DNA of 64,000 nt from an uncultured Nitrososphaerota archaeon (GTDB lineage: Archaea > Thermoproteota > Nitrososphaeria > Nitrososphaerales > Gagatemarchaeaceae), in NCBI GenBank assembly GCA_963718895.1, contig CAVRAG010000007.1:96001-160000 (forward strand), in the 5' to 3' direction. The position numbers were made by a program, and so were the translations under genes. Under the pieces are notes generated by a model, which searched no databases, had not been told where the DNA came from, and was given only the letters and a program-made list of their open reading frames with translations. Below are positions 59,397 to 64,000 of the stretch, piece after piece. Each line of letters begins with the position of its first letter. Position 1 is the first letter of the stretch.

Positions 59397-60586
59397 ATGA
59401 AGAGCCAACGACGAATCGCAGGAAGGTCCTGGCAGCCACAGCTCTAATCCTTCTGGTCATCATCTCGGCCGTGGCGTATGAGTCCTATCGTGGTTATTCG
59501 GCGTCTCTGGCTGGACCGTCTCAGACCGTTCAGGAGATCTCACTGACTGGGGCGTCGGGGTCTCTCTCCGGAGTCAGCTCGACCCTCGTCTACTCCCCCT
59601 CCGGGCCGACGAACCCCGACTTCGGCGCTCGCGGAGTAAACATAAGCGAGCCGGCCGATTACTCTAATCTGGTCCAGTTCACTCTGGGACTGATCAACCA
59701 GAACCGGAACCAGTCCGGCGTCCGGGACGTGACCCTGAGCACCGTCGAATCCGGCCAGCAGCACGCGGACTCGCTGGCCTACCACGGGACGTTCAGCCAT
59801 TGGGACGTCCAGGGGTACAAGCCATACATGAGGTACACCCTCCTCGGAGGAGAGGGCGATGTCGCCGAGAACGTCGCCCAGAACTACTGCACCTACACCC
59901 CCACCTATGACACCTCTGTGTTTCCGACGAGCTGCAGTCTTCGAACCATCGAGAACGGGATAGAGAATTCCGAGGTCGGGCTGATGACCCGCGACGACGC
60001 CTGCTGCAACAATTCTCACCGTCACAACATCTTGGACGCCTTCCACACGAGCGTGTCCATAGGAATAGCCTACAACTCCACCACAGACGCGCTGTACCTG
60101 GTCGAGGATTTCGAGAACAGTTACATCACATCGGAGTCGCTTCAGCTGTCCGGGAGCACCATCACGTTCCAAGGCTCGACACAGCAGGACCTGACGGGAT
60201 GGATCGGCGCGTCTTCGGGTGCGCTCATCGTCGTCTACCACGACCCGACGCCCGTCCCGATTGAGCCAAGCGAACTGAGGTCTTCGGCGTACTGCGCTCA
60301 GATCAGCGAACTGGATGAACCCCCCGCCTGCCAGTACCAGGGAGGGTACACCCCAGGAACGTTCGTCACGGAGATGTTCGCCCCCTGCAGTCAGGGATAT
60401 ACCTGCGGACCTGTCGAATACTCGTACGCGCAGCAGTGGACCCAGTCCAGGTCTGGGAGCTTCAAGATCGTCTTCTCGATGTCTGGCCCCGAAGCAGCCT
60501 ACGGGTCCGGAGTCTACACCTTCTATCTGTATCCAAACGGGGACAAGACGGACGCGATCACCAGTCTGTCGCTCTTCGTGTCTTGA
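59397..60586 (+). CDS. Membrane-anchored CAP (SCP/CRISP) domain protein
   Basis: LIN..R...G, QHA..L....FSH, AENVA, H..NIL...T.V.IGIA...LVEDF; 5' frameshift. Confidence 0.8.
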
Positions 60587-60725
60587 CCGAAGCGAACCCC
60601 CGACCTCGACGGCCGGCTCGAGGAGGTTCACTGTCAATCGTCGGTCTGGCTCGCGATGGCAGCACTGACAAGGTTCTTTAAATTGCCAAACCGGGGCGAC
60701 AAGCCAGCGCCGTTGTCACTATGTC

Positions 60726-61064
60726 TTGGTAAGCGGGTTCCATCCGCAGAGGCAGGGAGGAGAGTCAGACCTGTCCCCTAGGCCCAAGGCCGCCGTCACT
60801 CTGGAGGAAGTCAAGAGGCTCGCGAGCCTCTCCAGGCTGACTATGACAAGACCGGAAGAGGAGAGGCTCAGGGAGGAACTCTCGTCTATCCTGGAGTACT
60901 TCAGGGTGGTCGACGGCGTGGCTGGCACCGGGGAGACCAACAGGACCATCGAGGACACCTCGGCTCTGCGGCCGGATGAGGTCGGGCCGTCGGACCCAGA
61001 CGGAGTGCTGAGAGGAGTCCCGCGCAAGAAGGGGCGCCTGGTCAGGGCCCCCAGGGTATTCTGA
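60726..61064 (+). CDS. gatC: Asp/Glu-tRNA amidotransferase subunit C
   Basis: EEVKRLASLSRL...ILEYF...LRPDE...VRAPRV. Confidence 0.88.
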   Translation: MVSGFHPQRQGGESDLSPRPKAAVTLEEVKRLASLSRLTMTRPEEERLREELSSILEYFRVVDGVAGTGETNRTIEDTSALRPDEVGPSDPDGVLRGVPRKKGRLVRAPRVF

Positions 61065-61072
61065 GGTCTTGG

Positions 61073-62500
61073 GTGTTGGGGAAGCTCTCGCCGTCGGTCT
61101 CGGAGGTGGTCCGGAGGATAAGCGCGGGGGAGATAAGCTGCGAGGAGAGGATCGCATCCAGGCTAGAGAGGCTCCCGAGGTTGGACAGGGACATACACGC
61201 GTTCCTCAGCGTGGCGAAAGAAGAGGCACTGGAGAAGGCTCGAGAGATCGACGGCAGGGCGAGGCGCGGCGAGCACGTCGGGAGGCTCACCGGGATAACC
61301 ATCGCCGTGAAGGACAACATCTGCGTCGCGGGCATGCCCGCGACCTGCGGTTCGAGGATACTGGAGGGCTTCCGGCCGCCCTACGACGCCACGGTCATCG
61401 AGCGCATACGGGCAGAGGACGGGATAGTCATCGGGAAGACGAACATGGATGAGTTTGCCATGGGCAACACGACCCAGTCGGGCGCCTTCGGACCGACGAA
61501 GAACCCCTGGAACGTGGAGAGGGTGCCCGGAGGCTCATCGGGGGGGAGCGCGGCCGCGGTCGCGGGCAGCATGGCGACCCTCGCCCTCGGTTCGGACACG
61601 GGCGGGTCCGTGAGGTGCCCTGCGAGCTTCTGCTCGATACTCGGACTCAAACCGACCTACGGCGCGGTCAGCCGGTACGGCCTGATACCTTACGCCAACA
61701 GCCTCGAGCAGGTCGGGCCGATGGCGAGGCGCGTCGAGGACCTCTCGCTCCTCTTTGGCATCATATCCGGACACGACCCGAGGGACGCGACGACGTCGAA
61801 GAGGCGAGGACCCCACAGCGGGGCTGCGACCGCCGTGAAGGGGTTGAGGATCGGGATGGTCAAGGACCTCTTCGGCGAGGGCACGCAGGAGGACGTGAGC
61901 AGGCTGGTCCTCGACGCCAGCGACGAGCTCGAGGGCCTCGGCGCCGTCGTCGGGGAGGCGAGGATCGAGAACCTGGGCTACGCGCTCGCGGCCTACTACA
62001 TCGTGGCGATGGCCGAGGCCTCATCGAACCTCTCGAGGTACGATGGCGTCAGGTACGGGGCCTCCGTCGAGTCGGGCTCTGCGGACTGGAACGAGGCTTT
62101 CGCCAAGACGAGGACCGAGTGCTTCGGTCCCGAGGTGAAGAGGCGAATCCTCCTCGGCACGTTCGTGCTCTCGGCAGGATACTACGAGGCGTACTACCTC
62201 AAGGCGGAGAGGGCGAGGGGGCTCATAAGGAATGAGCTCGAACGGGCCTTCAAGAAGTTCGACGTCCTCCTCGGACCGACGATGCCCGTGCTGCCTCCGA
62301 AGGTCGGGGAGAAGGTGACGCCGCTCGAGGACTACATGATTGACGTGAACACGGTCCCTGCCAACCTCGCAGGCATCCCGGCACTCAGCGTCCCCGTGGG
62401 CTTCGCCCATGGGCTGCCTGTGGGTATGCAGCTCATGGCCCCTCACTTCCAGGAGGAGAGGCTCTTCGGGGTTGCGGCGGCGTACGAGGCCAGAGCATGA
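61073..62500 (+). CDS. gatA: Amidotransferase subunit A
   Basis: KDN, GKTNMDEFAMG, GGSSGGS, GSDTGGSVRCPA, SSNLSRYDG. Confidence 0.96.
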   Translation: MLGKLSPSVSEVVRRISAGEISCEERIASRLERLPRLDRDIHAFLSVAKEEALEKAREIDGRARRGEHVGRLTGITIAVKDNICVAGMPATCGSRILEGFRPPYDATVIERIRAEDGIVIGKTNMDEFAMGNTTQSGAFGPTKNPWNVERVPGGSSGGSAAAVAGSMATLALGSDTGGSVRCPASFCSILGLKPTYGAVSRYGLIPYANSLEQVGPMARRVEDLSLLFGIISGHDPRDATTSKRRGPHSGAATAVKGLRIGMVKDLFGEGTQEDVSRLVLDASDELEGLGAVVGEARIENLGYALAAYYIVAMAEASSNLSRYDGVRYGASVESGSADWNEAFAKTRTECFGPEVKRRILLGTFVLSAGYYEAYYLKAERARGLIRNELERAFKKFDVLLGPTMPVLPPKVGEKVTPLEDYMIDVNTVPANLAGIPALSVPVGFAHGLPVGMQLMAPHFQEERLFGVAAAYEARA

Positions 62501-63927
62501 AGAGCAGGGAAGCGAATGGCAAGGGCGTGAGGATTGGGCTCGAGATACACTGCCAGCTCACGGCCCTCAGGACCAAGCTCTTCTGCTCCTGCTCCTCGGA
62601 CTATCGCGGGAAGCAGCCGAACGAGCTGGTCTGCCCGGTCTGCTTCGGACTCCCCGGGACTCTCCCCGTCCTCAACGCGAAGGGCGTGGAGTACGCCGTG
62701 CGGATAGCGAACGCCCTAGGCTCCACGGTCGCGATGGAGACCACGTTCTACAGGAAGAACTACTTCTATCCCGACCTGCCAAAGAACTTCCAGATAAGCC
62801 AGTACGACAAGGCGGGGGGAGTGCCCATCGCGTCGGGAGGGTCCGTCGAGACAGGGGGGAAGAAAGTGAGGATTCGCAGGATACAGCTCGAGGAAGACCC
62901 GGGGAAGCTCACCTATGAAGGCACCATCGAGAAGTCGACCTACAGCCTTGTGGACTACAACAGGGCGGGTATCGCCCTCGTCGAGATCGTGACCGAACCG
63001 GACTTCGGGTCCGCCAAGGAGGCGAAGACATTCCTCGAGAAGCTCCGTTCGACGGTGGAGGCGCTGGGGGTCTCGGACGGCGAGCTGGAGGGAGCCATGA
63101 GGTGCGACGCGAACGTATCGGTCGCGGGGGGAGCGCGGGTCGAGGTCAAGAACATCTCATCGTTCAGGGAGGTCGAGAGGGCCCTGAACTACGAAGTGCT
63201 CAGGCAGGGAACATTTGGGGGCACCAGCGGGAGCTCGGTCAACGAAACCCGTCACTGGGACGAGAGGCGGAGCATCACAATCTCACTCAGGCTCAAGGAA
63301 GAGGAACAGGACTACCGCTACTTCCCAGAGCCCGACCTTCCCGCCGTGTCCCTGAGCCCAGAGTTCCTAGAGGGCGTCCGGCGGGCCACCCCGGAGGTGC
63401 AGGACGCGAGAGCGCAGAGGTACGTCCGTGACTACCTCCTTGGCGCCCAAATCGCCGGGGAGCTGTCGAGGGACGAAATTCTCTCGCGGTTCTTCGAGGA
63501 GACCCTGAAGACATTCGAGAAACCCGCCGAGATCGCGAGCTGGTTGATAGGGGAGGTTCGAGGGCCAGCCCGGGCGAAGCTCTCGGCCGAATCGCCTCCA
63601 GTGACCCCAGCCGGACTCTCGGAGCTCCTGACGATGCTGAACGAGGGTAAGGTAACCAGACCCCAAGCGAAGGAGATCTTCAGGGAGATGATCTCGACAG
63701 GCAAGCGGCCGTCTGAGCTGAAGCGTGACGCTGCGGGAGTCGCCATCGACGAAGACACTATCGCAAAGATCATCTCAAGGCTGTTGGACGAAGGCAAAGT
63801 CGCCAGAGAGACAAAGGAGAGCCCCAAGGCCTTCAACTACCTCGTCGGCCAAGTGCTCAGAATCGAGCCGAGAGCAGACCCCAAGTTGGTCGCGAAGACG
63901 CTGGCACGCATGATAAAGAACGAGTGA
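62497..63927 (+). CDS. gatB: Amidotransferase subunit B
   Basis: IGLEIH.QL, RKNYFYPDLPKNFQISQY, DYRYFPEPD. Confidence 0.96.
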   Translation: MKSREANGKGVRIGLEIHCQLTALRTKLFCSCSSDYRGKQPNELVCPVCFGLPGTLPVLNAKGVEYAVRIANALGSTVAMETTFYRKNYFYPDLPKNFQISQYDKAGGVPIASGGSVETGGKKVRIRRIQLEEDPGKLTYEGTIEKSTYSLVDYNRAGIALVEIVTEPDFGSAKEAKTFLEKLRSTVEALGVSDGELEGAMRCDANVSVAGGARVEVKNISSFREVERALNYEVLRQGTFGGTSGSSVNETRHWDERRSITISLRLKEEEQDYRYFPEPDLPAVSLSPEFLEGVRRATPEVQDARAQRYVRDYLLGAQIAGELSRDEILSRFFEETLKTFEKPAEIASWLIGEVRGPARAKLSAESPPVTPAGLSELLTMLNEGKVTRPQAKEIFREMISTGKRPSELKRDAAGVAIDEDTIAKIISRLLDEGKVARETKESPKAFNYLVGQVLRIEPRADPKLVAKTLARMIKNE

Positions 63928-64000
63928 CGTCGCAGGATCGCCTCGCTCCGGACGGCCGAAGACACTATCCTCGGCGAGAGCGCCGGCGGAATGCTGAACT

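Overview
GC-rich archaeal chromosome segment, most consistent with a non-ammonia-oxidising, deep-branching Nitrososphaerota/TACK lineage (archaeal TFB, TgtA, PAC2, beta-CASP RNase, eL38, SmAP3-type Lsm, aspS with gatCAB). Many conserved genes carry single-base frameshifts, most likely long-read assembly errors rather than real pseudogenes. The window also holds a sixA-ppx-2x thymidylate-kinase-like-CHAD polyphosphate cluster, a moaADE-moeA/mocA/xdhC/coxMS molybdoenzyme region, ABC-2 exporters and several secreted proteins. Three things stand out. (1) A 62-aa ORF made of five DPIGGFGPS repeats that differ only at synonymous sites, next to a tandem Lrp/AsnC-type regulator and near a CPBP protease: a candidate multi-core peptide signalling or RiPP system. 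(2) A TnpB gene bounded by IS6-like terminal inverted repeats and a decayed 8-bp target duplication instead of IS200/IS605 ends. (3) A 688-bp transposase-free cassette with related inverted repeats and a perfect 8-bp target duplication, carrying a low-GC VOC passenger gene. No tRNA, rRNA or CRISPR array was recognised. All calls come from reading the sequence by eye; no searches were run.
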